Shown here: positions 12,654 through 24,892 of the stretch, piece by piece
Position numbering within the stretch: position 1 is the first letter of the stretch
How the letters are laid out: each line of letters opens with the position of its first letter
NCBI GenBank assembly: GCA_032718475.1
Contig: JAUCBJ010003342.1
Span: 50,216-114,215 of the forward strand
DNA from: Nemertoderma westbladi
Lineage: Eukaryota > Animalia > Xenacoelomorpha
Direction: 5' to 3'
DNA: 64,000 nt
Notes under the pieces: generated by a model
Seen by the model: the letters and a program-made list of their open reading frames with translations, nothing else
Told to the model about the DNA's origin: nothing
The model's database searches: none
Made by a program: the position numbers and the translations under genes

Positions 12654-14290
12654 ATTGTTCCAAATATGGAACAAATGATTTACTTGTTCCATATATGGAA
12701 CGTTGTTCCATATATGGAACAATACTTTGATATTGTTGAATATTAACAATATTGTTCCAAACATGGAACAAATGATTAACTTGTTCCATATATGGAACAA
12801 TACTTTAATATTGTTGAATATTAACAATATTGTTCCAAATATGGAACAAATGATTAACCTGTTCCATATATGGAACAATACTTTAATATTGTTGAATATT
12901 AACAATATTGTTCCAAATATGGAACAAATAATTAACTTGTTCCATATATGGAACAATACTTTAATATTGTTGAATATTAACAATATTGTTCCAAATATGG
13001 AACAAATGATTAACTTGTTCCATATATGGAACGATACTTTAATATTGTTGAATATTAACAATATTGTTCCAAATATGGAACAAATAATTAACTTGTTCCA
13101 TATATGGAATATTACTTTAATATTTTTGAATATTAACAATATTGTTCCAAATATGGAACAAATAATTAACTTGTTCCAGATATGGAACAATACTTTAATA
13201 TTGATGAATATTAACAATTTTGTTCCAAATATGGAACAAATGATTAACTTGTTCCATATATGGAACAATACTTTAATATTGTTGAATATTAACAATATTG
13301 TTCCAAATATGGAACAAATGATTAACCTGTTCCATATATGGAACAATACTTTAACATTGTTGAATATTAACAATATTGTTCCAAATATGGAACAAATGAT
13401 TAAACTGTTCCATATATGGAATATTACTTTAATATTTTTGAATATTAACAATATTGTTCCAAATATGGAACAAATAATTAACCTGTTCCATATATGGAAC
13501 AATACTTTAATATTGTAGAATATTAACAATATTGTTCCAAATATGGAACAAATAATTAACCTGTTCCATATATGGAATATTACTTTAATATTGCTGAATA
13601 TTAACAATATTGTTCCATAAAAAGAACAAATGATTAACCTGTTCCATATATGGAACAATACTTTAATATTGCTGAATATTAACAATATTGTTCCAAATAT
13701 GGAACAAATGATTAACTTGTTCCATATATGGAACGATACTTTAATATTGTTGAATATTAACAATATTGTTCCAAATATGGAACAAATAATTAACTTGTTC
13801 CATATATGGAATATTACTTTAATATTATTGAATATTAACAATATTGTTCCAAATATGGAACAAATAATTAACTTGTTCCAGATATGGAACAATACTTTAA
13901 TATTGATGAATATTAACAATATTGATCCAAATATGGAACAAAGGATTAACTTGTTCCATATATGGAACAATACTTTAATATTGTTGAATATTAACAATAT
14001 TGTTCCAAATATGGAACAAATTATTAACCTGTTCCATATATGGAACAATACTAATATTGTTGAATATTAACAATATTGTTCCTGTTCCATATATGGAACA
14101 ATACTAATATTGTTGAATATTAACAATATTGTTCCAAATATGGAACAAATGATTAAATTGTTCCATATATGGAACAATACTTTAATATTGTTGAATATTA
14201 ACAATATTGTTCCAAATATGGAACTTAAATATAGTACGTTGTTCCATATAGGGAAAAATACTTTAATATGGAACTTGTTCCATATATGGA
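12654..14290. repeat. 78-bp tandem array (~20 copies) built of palindromes
   Basis: Period 78 (e.g. 12721, 12799); each unit has ttgttccatatatggaacaa (perfect 20-bp palindrome) and ttgttccaaatatggaacaa; explains the 26-aa-periodic ORFs on both strands. Confidence 0.95.
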
Positions 14291-14594
14291 AAAATACTTT
14301 AATGTTGTTAAATATTAACAATATTAAACAATGTAGTGTATTTGGAACAATAGGTGCATACTGTTCCATTTTGGAACAATATTGCATAAACAACAGAAAT
14401 GGGTTCCCCAATGAATTTTCTATAAGGATCCAAATTGTATTGCATTCTGATCTATGGTGTGGACAAAATCGTCATGTGGTGGCATTTTGGAAAGAAAAAT
14501 TTTAGAGCATGTAGTCTTCACTAATAATGAGCAGAATTTAGTCATAAATATTTAATTTTTTTATATTATATTTAATACATTATTTTCTCTACAG

Positions 14595-14951
14595 GACGTT
14601 GCTCAGAGTACTTCCAAGTCTAATCCGAGTCCAGGTATGCTCCAAGTCCAGCCTGAGTCCAAGCTACAGGACGTTGCTCAGAGTACTTCCAAGTCCAATC
14701 CGAGTCCAGGTGTGCTCCAAGTCCAGCCTGAGTCCAAGTCCAGACCAAAAAAGCGGCCCGCTCAAAGAAGTCCTTTTCCTCACATTCTCTGAAAATACCA
14801 AAAGGAAGGTCAACGAAATCGTTGCAGAAATTGTGCCCGCAACAATAATGCGCAAGTGAAAAGTAATCTCTTTTGTCCTGATTGCAGCGGTCAACCGGCC
14901 CTCTGTGGCGAGTGCACACAGGAGTGGCACATTTTTCATTTTGGTGAATGA
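14595..14951 (+). pseudogene. Terminal exon with 75-bp internal duplication and piggyBac-type C-terminal zinc-binding domain; in-frame TGA at 14790
   Basis: ttttctctacag acceptor, phase 0; ..PHIL*KYQKEGQRNRCRNCARNNNAQVKSNLFCPDCSGQPALCGECTQEWHIFHFGE*. Confidence 0.6.
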
Positions 14952-15067
14952 ACTGAAATGTGTTGATAACTTGGACGAGCATATTTTAGGAATATTTGAT
15001 AAAATTTACAAAACAAAATTGTTTGTTATATTATATACACACATTGAAACAATATAAAACTGACAAT

Positions 15068-15505
15068 AGAAACAAGCCTGGCGGTCTCCTGGGGTCCCAT
15101 TCACTCCGCATTTTGGACACTAAAAGTGTAACTCCTCTCTCAAAAATAATCGAATCGCTTAGATTTTTTTACACAATGTAGTGATGGCATTTCTGAAGAG
15201 GGTCACAGTCCCGGAATTTCGAAATTCGAAATAGAAAATTTTTTACAGCCGAAAAACCGCCGAAAACGACCGAAATGTACTGCCAAAAACCCAAAAAAAA
15301 CCTAAAAAAAACAATTTTGTTAAGCCATTTTGGAAATATGGTATCCATGGCAACCAACTTAGAGGAGACACAACTAGGTCATGGTAGTATAGTTGTGTTA
15401 AAGTTTCATCAAAATCGGTCCAGGCGTTTGGCCTAGAGAGAACGCACAAACAAACAAACAAACTAGGATAATAATAAGGGCCCATAAATGTTTAGGATGG
15501 GACCA
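15068..15505 (+). mobile_element. Non-autonomous Helitron/Helentron-like (HINE-type) short repeat
   Basis: Contains aagtttcatcaaaatcggtccaggcgttt, an (acaa)n microsatellite and an imperfect 3' hairpin, a layout common in arthropod rolling-circle non-autonomous repeats. Confidence 0.4.
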
Positions 15506-15716
15506 ACAAAATTGTTTGTTATAATATTATACACATTGAAACAATAGAAAATTGTTTTCTATTGTATTGTAATATGTTTGTTTTTTATTGAAAACTGTAG
15601 AATAGAAATTGAATATATGAATTGATTTTGATTGTAGTATGATTGTTGGAGTTTGATTATTTTTGATTGCTTTTTTTAAATTTGCAGTATGAGGATAGAT
15701 TCAGAACCATAGTAAT

Positions 15717-16596
15717 TTATATTCTCATTGAATAGAAATTACTTGCCTCATTCCACTCGAAAGTATTAGTTGTCTTATTGTGTGCTACAGTGACAATTCT
15801 ATCTTTATTCTTTTGTGGTGTTGTTTTTGTTCTTCCAACTTTAATTAGCAGTGGAGACAGCACTGTAGACAAATCACACTGCATTGCCTCAACTTCTCTC
15901 TGCAAGAAATAGCCATATACTGGTCTGGCAGATTCACCAGCTTCATTCTGCAAAAATATAATATATGACGCACTTTTCCTCTATAGCTCTGGTTCCAGTA
16001 TGCTATACATTGATATTCACCTTCTTCTAATTCAAGCACTTTTCTCACACTGCTCTTCTTTTTTGCAGGATATTCAACCAAACACATGGACTTGGCCTTC
16101 TCATATTCATTTTCGACTTTCTTCAATCTATCTTGCATATTTTGTTGTTCACCTTCAATTGGGCTTCTCAATAATTTAATTGGATACCAAATAATTATCT
16201 GCTGCTGCTCATTATTGAACTCTTTGGGTGCTTGAATTTCAATTTCCAGCTCTCCATCAACCAAAAAATAAATTTATCTTGTTTTTGGTTCTTGTGCTCT
16301 GTGAAAAGCATCTCTCAATTCATCTAAAACACACTCCAAGCCTCGGTTAGAATATATCTTGGAAATTTCACCACCAATCGAAAGCAAAATTTCGTATCTT
16401 TGGTATGGTCCAGTTGCTTGTCGAAATCCAAGCACTGTTGCTTCTAAAGGTTTCACAGAATCCAACTCACAAATTTTTTGTATGGGAGTGTGCTTCAATA
16501 GATGCAAAACATATTCCTTTTGTTCATTTTCATGTCATTTTCATATATGTTCATATCATGAGCATACCAAGCTACATATATTGTTCCTGTGGTCTT
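15717..16596 (-). pseudogene. C-terminal part of a Rep_trans-like gene interrupted by BEL element A
   Basis: Removing A and one TSD joins ..VTRCCVIASK to TTGTIYVAWYAH in frame; further fragments at 16274-16507, 15845-16264, 15717-15953. Confidence 0.6.
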
Positions 16597-18809
16597 TGAT
16601 ACGAACAAACTACCCGGCCTAACCAATAAAGACACAAAACTGCTCTATTTACTAGACAGGGCAATCAGGAGCGTATAATTACTAATGTAGGGTTGCGTGC
16701 AAAACCACTACTTACCGTTGGATGGCGCTAATCTGCCGTCCGCTAATATATTTCCTAAATTTCTACGGCTCCTGCTAAATTCTCGTTCCTTTCTCTACCA
16801 ATTACTCGATAGAGAGCTAACTGTTCGAATATATGAGCCACGCGGGAATAACCAAAACAATAAACCCGAATTGGCTCCCTAAGCTGACTTAAGACGAGTG
16901 TGAGAGATTTGACACTCAGAGTGTATTTTATAGCCTAATCTTACTGTAAAATTGCGCTTACAACTACGTCCTTTCTAATCGCATCTAATCGCAATACTGG
17001 GGTTCCCTAACGGAATGTGTGAATGTGAGAATATTTAAAATAATCAAAATTGATGCAGCGTTTATTTCGGGACTCAGACTTATCTGCGGCTGGCTTTAGA
17101 CCAGCAATTTACTGATGCGCGCTGTATACTGTATACTACGATGTGAATTTTGTCCGCTAATTCAAATAACCGCCCAGCGTGAATAGTGTACGGTACTCTA
17201 AAATTATTACCTTAACTACCCTCCGCTATGCAGCATACAAATTCTTAATTTTACTAATTAATTACAGTCACAAATATGTAATGGCGTACTAATTACTAAG
17301 TATTCCAGAGTGCGTAATTCTAAATTATTACGCAACGGGTCACACTAGCAACAGCCTAAAATACCGTATTATTTTCAACCTAATCAGAAATTAATTACAG
17401 TAAACTAAGAAATAGAAATCAATCAAAGGGAAAAGAGCGCCTATCCAAGCTGCCAAGCATTCGTGATTTATTAGGCACACTTTAGTAACACACCAATCAG
17501 CATAACAATCTATAGTTTATTCTTACCAATTTAGTTCTTAACACACAATTCACAATCAGCAGTCAAACAACAATCGCAATCTACAGTTTAGCTAGCAATT
17601 CACAACTCGCAACGTAAAGCACGCAGATCTCTCCCGGCTACATCTAGGCTTCCTAACTAACCCAAATCCTGTCCCCCTAATACTACAAAATAGAGACAAA
17701 ACCTGGATCATCAGCCCCTAATTACTGAACCGACGTACCTGACCCACTTTACGCTGCAAACTTTGCATTCGCAATAGTAATCCCCCCAATGTTGCTTGTC
17801 TTTGAATCCTCCGCACTCCCGTCGTCGCTAACCCCCCAATGCGCCCGCCGCGCTTATCGGTACCCTAGCCCTCCATCAGAATGAGTAGCTACCGTAGCGG
17901 TACATGCAAATCACAAAGTCTGACAGTCTAAGAAATCCCGTGGGATTATTGTCGAAAGGAATCACATAGAACCATTTTCTAAGGGGTAGAAATCATAGTT
18001 CCAATTTGTAATTAACAGTGATCGTTGAGATTGATTTAGAAACACAAACAAGAATCAAACAGAAATTGCAAATTAGCGAATCATTGCAAGAAAATCAAAA
18101 GGGCAGTAATTTACACAGAAAACTAAGCATCGAATAATAGTTGAACAGGGAATAAAGTGAAGGTGAGCAGTGTGGGGTGTGGTGGATGACTAAGGATGTG
18201 TGGAAATAAGTAACAATGGAAGTACGCCAATTTATAGGTGATTTGAGAAGGGTGATGCAATCGATCTCTCATTGGCTCCCCAATCCGAGCTACCATTAGA
18301 CCAACCTGGAAGCAGTTAGGCCAATAAGAGAGCCGGATTGTGAACCTATTGCTCCCTGGATTCGCAAATTGCCACCATAAAAGGAAATTTTCCCGATGCT
18401 TAATTTGGCGGTACTAATAATATCATGCACAAATATAAATTTAGCGCAATTATAGAGAAATTAAAACCAGTAGCTAGCCTCATCAAGGCTAATAACGGCA
18501 AGCCCATATCCAGGGTCCAACAAGGACTTGCTACCCTGGAACTATCTACTTATATCCTATTACAAAATTACATAGGTAGGGCTACATACTATACAAAATG
18601 GATGAGTTCAAAATATATGGGCGTTTCAACTTCCTTATCTAAATATCATTGCGCGTTATGCCTTATCTAAATAATTATACTGCATCACGGACTAATATAT
18701 GATACTATATAATGGACTAATATATTATACTGTATAATGGACTAACGTATGTACAGTACAACGGACTAATATATTACATAATGTAGGTACAGCGCCATAT
18801 ACCGTAACA
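16597..18809 (-). repeat. 3' LTR of element A (2213 bp)
   Basis: tgatacgaacaaac...accgtaaca; matches 31776-33997. Confidence 0.95.
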
Positions 18810-19317
18810 CCGCTCCAAGGGAAGTCATGCAATGTTTCCCTCCAATTGTAGAAGAGTGTAAGGCGATGTATACAAAACAAAATAAATCTCTTTCAAATAA
18901 TCTAAATATCTTGATACTATACTATTTACAAATATTGCTATAGATATTGCATAATGAATTGCATACAAATTAAATTTACAAAATATTATCTCTCTCAATG
19001 TTAACGATTATTACATACAAATTAAATTTACAAAAATACTGTTTTCCATTCGTTCTACATAATGATTACTACATACAAATTAAATTTACAAAAACTTTCA
19101 AATATATAAAAAAATTTGCTAGGGTAGGTGAAAGGAGTAAGCCAAACCCGCAGGTTTGTCTCCCCAATCAACTCCTTCGCCTCTCTCATAATATAAATCC
19201 AAATCAGTGCGACTAGTGTATATGAGTCAAGTCGGATGTTTAAAAAAAATGCTACAATATACATCAGAGCGACGATGATGTATATATCTAGAGTCTGTCG
19301 CCCCGTGATACGATGCA

Positions 19318-21371
19318 TTACTGACCCGCTCCTGGGTTCTTCGGGCTCGCTCCTCTCTTTCGCCCCCTACCCAGATACACCAATCGTCCTCCAGTTGACT
19401 CTGTTGACGTGGTCTGTGAGGCGTCACTCCCCGGAACCGGCGACGATGTTCCCTGAGCTCCGACAGATTCCCGGCTCGTGCTTCGTCCTTGGCCTCGTCC
19501 CAATTGTCGTGCTCCTGTGGTCGCTTCCGCCAACTCTTCCTTCTGCAATTGCACCCGCGCCTTCTCCGATGCACCCTGCGCCTTGCGTTGCACGCGCTGT
19601 GCTTCTATAATAGAGTGATAGTGGTCGTCCTTGACTTGACGCTTGTCGTGGACCTCTCCTCCTGGTTCCTTCCGTGAGCCTTGAGCTCCAACGGTCGTCG
19701 TTGTGGGCGCTGCGGTTCGCTGTTCCTCGATTCTTTGAGCGGTCAACGACCCCACTGGTACGTGAGTCAACAGGAATTCGTTGCGGTATTGAATAGCCGC
19801 CATCCTCCAATCTCCTCGCGCGCGCACCACTTTCCTAGTTTCCGAAAACAAACCCTTCGTAATACGGTCGCAAATAGCAATAAAGTTCCAAGTGTACTTG
19901 TTGTCCATATTTAGCTGTCTGAAGTATTCCCGAACGACTATGACTCCAGTGTTCTGTGGAAGGTCTAGAGCAGTTAGGATGAGCTCCTGATATTGTGGTA
20001 GCGACTGCAGATATGGCTCGTACGCAACATGTGATGGGTCTACCGCCCAAAATCCATATCCCGCCTTAAATGGTAACCAACGCATCTGCGCTTGAATGTG
20101 GTAGTCAGCCACACTCTCCCACTTATCTAGCATCTCCCGAAGTAGGTTAGCGCTATGGTTTTGGAAGGAATCGTCTCGCAGTTGGCATCTCGCGCTACGA
20201 TGTCCCTTTACTCCACAATATCCACATTGAGAAATGAAAACGGTGCACGTATGAAACGAATGGTCGGTCTCATTGCACCAACGGCAGACCTTATGCGCCG
20301 CCTCCACTACCGCGTCGCACGATTTTTGATTGTGCCTTGTGCAGCCGCACAACTTGCACCTACGCGCTTGTGGAAACCAGGCCCTCTCGTATATGAGGTC
20401 TCCAATCGGTTTCGCACTTCCTTCTTTCCCAATGTCTAATACGATGTCGTCCTCTCCGGTTAAAGGTTGTCGATCCGGAACGAAGTAAACATCCTCGCCC
20501 TTGTCCTATATCTCCAATATTTCCTCCCGCATTCGTTTCGGATATGTCTTCTCCACCGGAAGATCTACTCCAAACACCTCTACTAACGTCTCCGGCCAAC
20601 TCTCTCTAACAGGTCTATCAGCCTCCGAGTGGAAGGGAGTACCAAACCCGTGGGTTTGATTCCCGAACCACTTCTCCAAAGCTTCTGGCATCGGATACTC
20701 CATCGACGGTCGGTCTCCCAAATCTCCGATATTCTGTCGATATATCCCTTCGAATATTGCTAATCCTCTCCTAACCATTGACGTATTCTCTAGCGATTGG
20801 TTGAAGAATGGGGTTAAGAAACGCTTCATCACGTCGGAGTGGATTCCCCCTTTCGAGCGAACGTATTGATCTCCTCTGAACACCAATGGATGACGCTTCA
20901 AAACTCGCGCAACGATATCCGCTAATAAACAAGTTACCGTGTTCGACTCAAGCACCAAATAATATTGTAGTGACGCACGGGGTGGCGCGCATATGTTCCA
21001 ATACACTAACGCTTGCCGCTTGAAGTGGGATTTGAACTCCGCTCCCGGTGGCGTGTTATATTCACCATACGCCTCCTCGTATATATTTCTTCTGCGTCTT
21101 CAACTTGAAGTCCCAATTATACAATAAATGTGCTATGAAGCCCATACCAGTCTTGGCAGAGTTGGGATACTCCCTATAAATTCCCATGTCTTGTGCCCAT
21201 AGCAACAATAGCTTGGTGTCGACAAATATATTTCCCATTTAGCTCCATCACCGACCTCTCATGGTAGTAAAAGTTCGAATCTTTACATCCCGGTCGGGCA
21301 AATGGCAGCTCCGCCTCCTCTCTGGCAGTAAATCCTTTCCGCGGTTGCGCTCTAATTTCCTTCTCCATTAT
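19318..21371 (-). pseudogene. Degenerate extra ORF (ORF3) of element A: partial exonuclease-like domain plus three CCHC knuckles
   Basis: Frameshifted pieces IFVDTKLLLLWAQ..KTGMGFIAHLLYNWDFK, PPRASLQYYLVLES..LLADIVARVLKRHP, CRWCNETDHSFHTC..QCGYCGVKGHRSARC..WESVADYH align by eye with ORF3 of element B. Confidence 0.8.
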
Positions 21372-22135
21372 GAGCCGCGTATATACATATATATATCCCA
21401 ATAAGGTTCCATTACGTAACTAATTACACTGTGGGTAAATCAGTTAGATGTCGCCGAAGGACAGACCTCTTGAGCCCCCCCCCCCCCCCCCCCCGCCTTA
21501 CAGCAGTTCAGGTTCGACTCTCTAGATCCCGTCTCATTCCTAACTATCCTCTAACCTATTCCCATGCATAGCACAAAACTTTGGAGGTAAACTGGCTGTG
21601 ACCAACTCACTTTTTGATGCCCAAACTACTCCCATTACTTGTACTAAACTACAGTAGTTAGAAAGGACCATAGTCTCAATGCTCGACTATACCAAACCCA
21701 CAGGTTTGATAATCGAACATCACACTTCACTGCAAACTACTGAGTGGGGTCCGTGTACGCCCTGGTGCTACTAACCTTTAGCACCTTAGTTGCACTGTTG
21801 GCACCAATCCGTGGAAGTTGCTAAACTCAATTTACACTCCTACGTAATATAGCCGTCACCATGGTTTCTAAATGCTATTTTCCAGGCTTCACGACTTTTC
21901 AAATTACTGTTTATCTATAGACGAATTCAAAATGCGTCTATACACAGCGTCTGGAATTGTCTTGGGTTCACTTCTAATTTTTTAAAAATTTATAATTTTC
22001 CAAAAATTTTTGAAAATAAAATTTTGTTTTGATACCCACCAGACAAAACTCAACGCAAATCACCACAAACCCGCTCCTATGCATTTCCTAGTATTTGCAT
22101 ACGAGGAATGCATACGAAGTGAGTTGTGTCCAACA

Positions 22136-23607
22136 CTAATTTTTGTTTGAGGCAGGAGACAAATTATAATCTCCTGTCTCGATGCGTGTCTCTTCTAATA
22201 ACACAATATCTTGGACCGGTCGGTCCAAGGTGTGTAAACCATTAGTTTTACACTTCTTTGGGTGCGGACACTTGCACCTAATTTTCACAGTGACTGTGCG
22301 CACTATGTTTTGCACGTCCGGGTGTATGTGCAAGATCACTCCCGTCTCCCAATATTTTCTCTTGACAATCGGCTCGGTTATCAATACGTAATCTCCCCTT
22401 TGGAGACTCCGAACCGTTTTGTACCACTTTGTTCTGGTAGATATGGTGGGAAGATAGTATTCCCGCCAATATTCCCAGAATGTGTACGCGACTAATTGTG
22501 TTACTTTCCAGCTTTTACGACTATATAGGTCGGCACTAATGGGTTCTGATGCCGGCACAAGAAATGCTGGACTCTGCATTAGCAAATGATTCGGCGTTAA
22601 TGCAACACCGTCTGGCAACATAGCTATCGGCCTCGAGTTCAGTGTATGCTCGATTTCGATGAAAGCTGTGACCAGCTCGTCGTCGGTAAGTTGTTTGTTT
22701 ACAGGCAATGTTTTAGCAATGGCCTGCTTTATAGAGCGAACCAAATGCTCCCAACTTCCTCCTCTCCAAGGACTTTCTGGAGTATTAAATCTCCATTCTA
22801 TTCTTTGCGGCAAAAGTGCTGCAGAAATTTCTTTATTCTGTGCCACTTTATGAGCCGCGTTCAACTCGCTATTCCCTCTGACAAAGTTTGTACCCTTATC
22901 GGAGTAGAACGCCTTTACTAGTCCTCTCCTGACCATAAATCTCTTTAAGGCCAGGAGCAGAGATTTGGTCGACATGTCTGCCACACGCTCGATATGTATG
23001 GCTCTACTAGCCATACATGTCAGTAGCAGGCCCCATCGCTTGTGGGTCAGCCGTCCACTCTTTGCCTCAATCGGACCAAAACAATCCACCCCTGTGTTCG
23101 TAAAGGGTGGGTCATATGCCTGTACTCTCGCTTCCGGGAGTTCAGCCATCTCCTGTTCCAATACTCTGGCGTTCACCCTCTTGCAAACCAGGCAGGCATC
23201 ATACATAGTGCCGACTGCCCTGCTTGGCTGCAATAGAATGAATCGCTGTCTCGCTGCCGACAAACAGTGTAACTTTCCCGCGTGATGCAACCTCTTGTGT
23301 ATATCCCATAGAATCGCTCTTTGCAATTCTATTGGTTGACTAGGGATTATCACTGTGGGAACCTAAACTGTGAGTTTATGTCGACAGTCTGGATTCTCGA
23401 TCTATGACAAATTAAACCCTTATGGATTAATGGACTCCATTTTCTAAGGGGTTTATAGAGAACTGGTCGTTGAGCCGATAATAGATGTAATTCTTTTGGG
23501 AAGGCACACATTTGATAGTGCTTCAAATGCTTTAATTCCGCTTGATCAATCTCATCCTCTGTCAGAGGTTGTTTCAATTTCCGAATTCGCTCACTATTAG
23601 CGCTCAA
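22136..23607 (-). CDS. pol: Element A integrase (HHCC finger, DDE core, Pao C-terminal domain), split by a frameshift at ~23350
   Basis: HKRLHHAG..CLVCKR; GVDCFGP; SDKGTNF; PWRGGSWE; LNSRP; FWEYWREYYL; RPVQDIVLL. Confidence 0.92.
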
Positions 23608-23761
23608 TTGTTCTCCTAAATGTTTTGAATGTTTTAAACAAAGGTACGAAATGTATCGGCTTAACCACGCAGTTCTTTTACAAATTGTCAGCCAAGAGGC
23701 AGACGAATTTAGTAATTTGTCATAAATACTACATGGCTCTAATTCCAGCGACGGTTGTCCG

Positions 23762-24883
23762 CTAACTAATGGAAGTTTCGAATGTGTCGGTCATTTTCTG
23801 TCCGTCACTTACCAACTGTGACTCTGGTTTAGTCTGTAAGGGTGGTTTTATGTCATAACTTACCCTTCCGGACCTAGTAGTCACGTAAGTCTGTTGGTCT
23901 GACAGGTCTCCGGGCCGCTCCAATGACTCTTCAAGCCGCTCCAATGACTCTTCAGGCCGCTCCAATGACTTAAGTTTGGCTTTAGACTTTGACTTAGAGA
24001 CTTTCTCCACTTTGACTTCTGCATCTTCAGGCATCGGATTGGTCACTATCTTCAGTCGCTCTGGCCAATGTTCCTGTGTCCTCGTTAGAAACTCCTGCGA
24101 CTCTTCCTGACAGAATTCCGCCGGCATTGCACCTCTCGAAGTTATGTCGGCCGGGTTTAACACTCCCGGACAATGTCTCCATTGTTCCTTCGTCGAAAAG
24201 TCGACGATCTGAGCGCGTCTGTTGGCCACAAATGTCTTTAGTGCAATATTGTCGGCCGCAATGTATACTAACATTAAGGATGCATCTGTCCAATAGAATA
24301 AGGTCAATGTCGTGTCTAACTCCTCTGTTACCTGCTTACTTACCTCGACTGAAACTACTGCCGCCTGTAACTCTGCATGAGGGACAGTCATGTATTTGAC
24401 CGACATTGTCTTTGATCTAGAAGTCACAATGGCCATCTCAAATTTATCCTGACTCACCTCTCGGCGAAGGTAGGCTACCATACCAAAGCCGGTGTCACTT
24501 GCGTCACTAAATAAATGGAGTTCGAGATCAGCTGGGAATACCAGCTGATTCGGAAAGTAGGAACGGGGTACATCTATATTTTTCAATAGATGCAACTCGG
24601 CTTCCCACTCTCTCCACTGCTTTGCATGTATAGGAGATATTGGTTCGTCCCACTCTAGGTCGGATAACCAAATTTTTCTCATGCACGCTCGTGCCTGTAA
24701 TATTACCGGACTGATAAAGTTCATCGGGTCAAATAGTCTACTTAAAGTCGATAAGCAAATTCTCTTTGTCAAAACTTTGTCTGGGCTACTGGGCTCAAAC
24801 CTAACTCTTACCTGGAATTTATCCGTGTTCGGATTCCAAGCGAGTCCCAGTACTCGCGCCATGGGGATGGGTTCTACCCCCAA
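23762..24883 (-). CDS. pol: Element A Pao-type RT C-terminus/RNase H region
   Basis: RVLGLAWNP; TKRICLSTLSRLFDP; LHLFSDAS; PHAELQAA; WTDA; WRHCPGVLNPADITSRG. Confidence 0.92.
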   Translation of the reverse strand: MGVEPIPMARVLGLAWNPNTDKFQVRVRFEPSSPDKVLTKRICLSTLSRLFDPMNFISPVILQARACMRKIWLSDLEWDEPISPIHAKQWREWEAELHLLKNIDVPRSYFPNQLVFPADLELHLFSDASDTGFGMVAYLRREVSQDKFEMAIVTSRSKTMSVKYMTVPHAELQAAVVSVEVSKQVTEELDTTLTLFYWTDASLMLVYIAADNIALKTFVANRRAQIVDFSTKEQWRHCPGVLNPADITSRGAMPAEFCQEESQEFLTRTQEHWPERLKIVTNPMPEDAEVKVEKVSKSKSKAKLKSLERPEESLERLEESLERPGDLSDQQTYVTTRSGRVSYDIKPPLQTKPESQLVSDGQKMTDTFETSIS

Positions 24884-24892
24884 TTCTATGTC

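Noticed and set aside
12591-14048. 485-aa hydrophobic repeat protein and the opposite-strand ORFs
   Set aside because: By-product of a 78-bp (multiple of 3) repeat open on both strands; no independent coding evidence.
12654-14290. CRISPR-like array of palindromic repeats
   Set aside because: Intervening sequences are near-identical rather than unique spacers, there are no cas genes, and the context is eukaryotic.
18425-18670. 81-aa ORF present twice (also 33613-33858), and similar duplicated small ORFs in the B and C LTRs
   Set aside because: Identity simply reflects LTR duplication; no coding signature.
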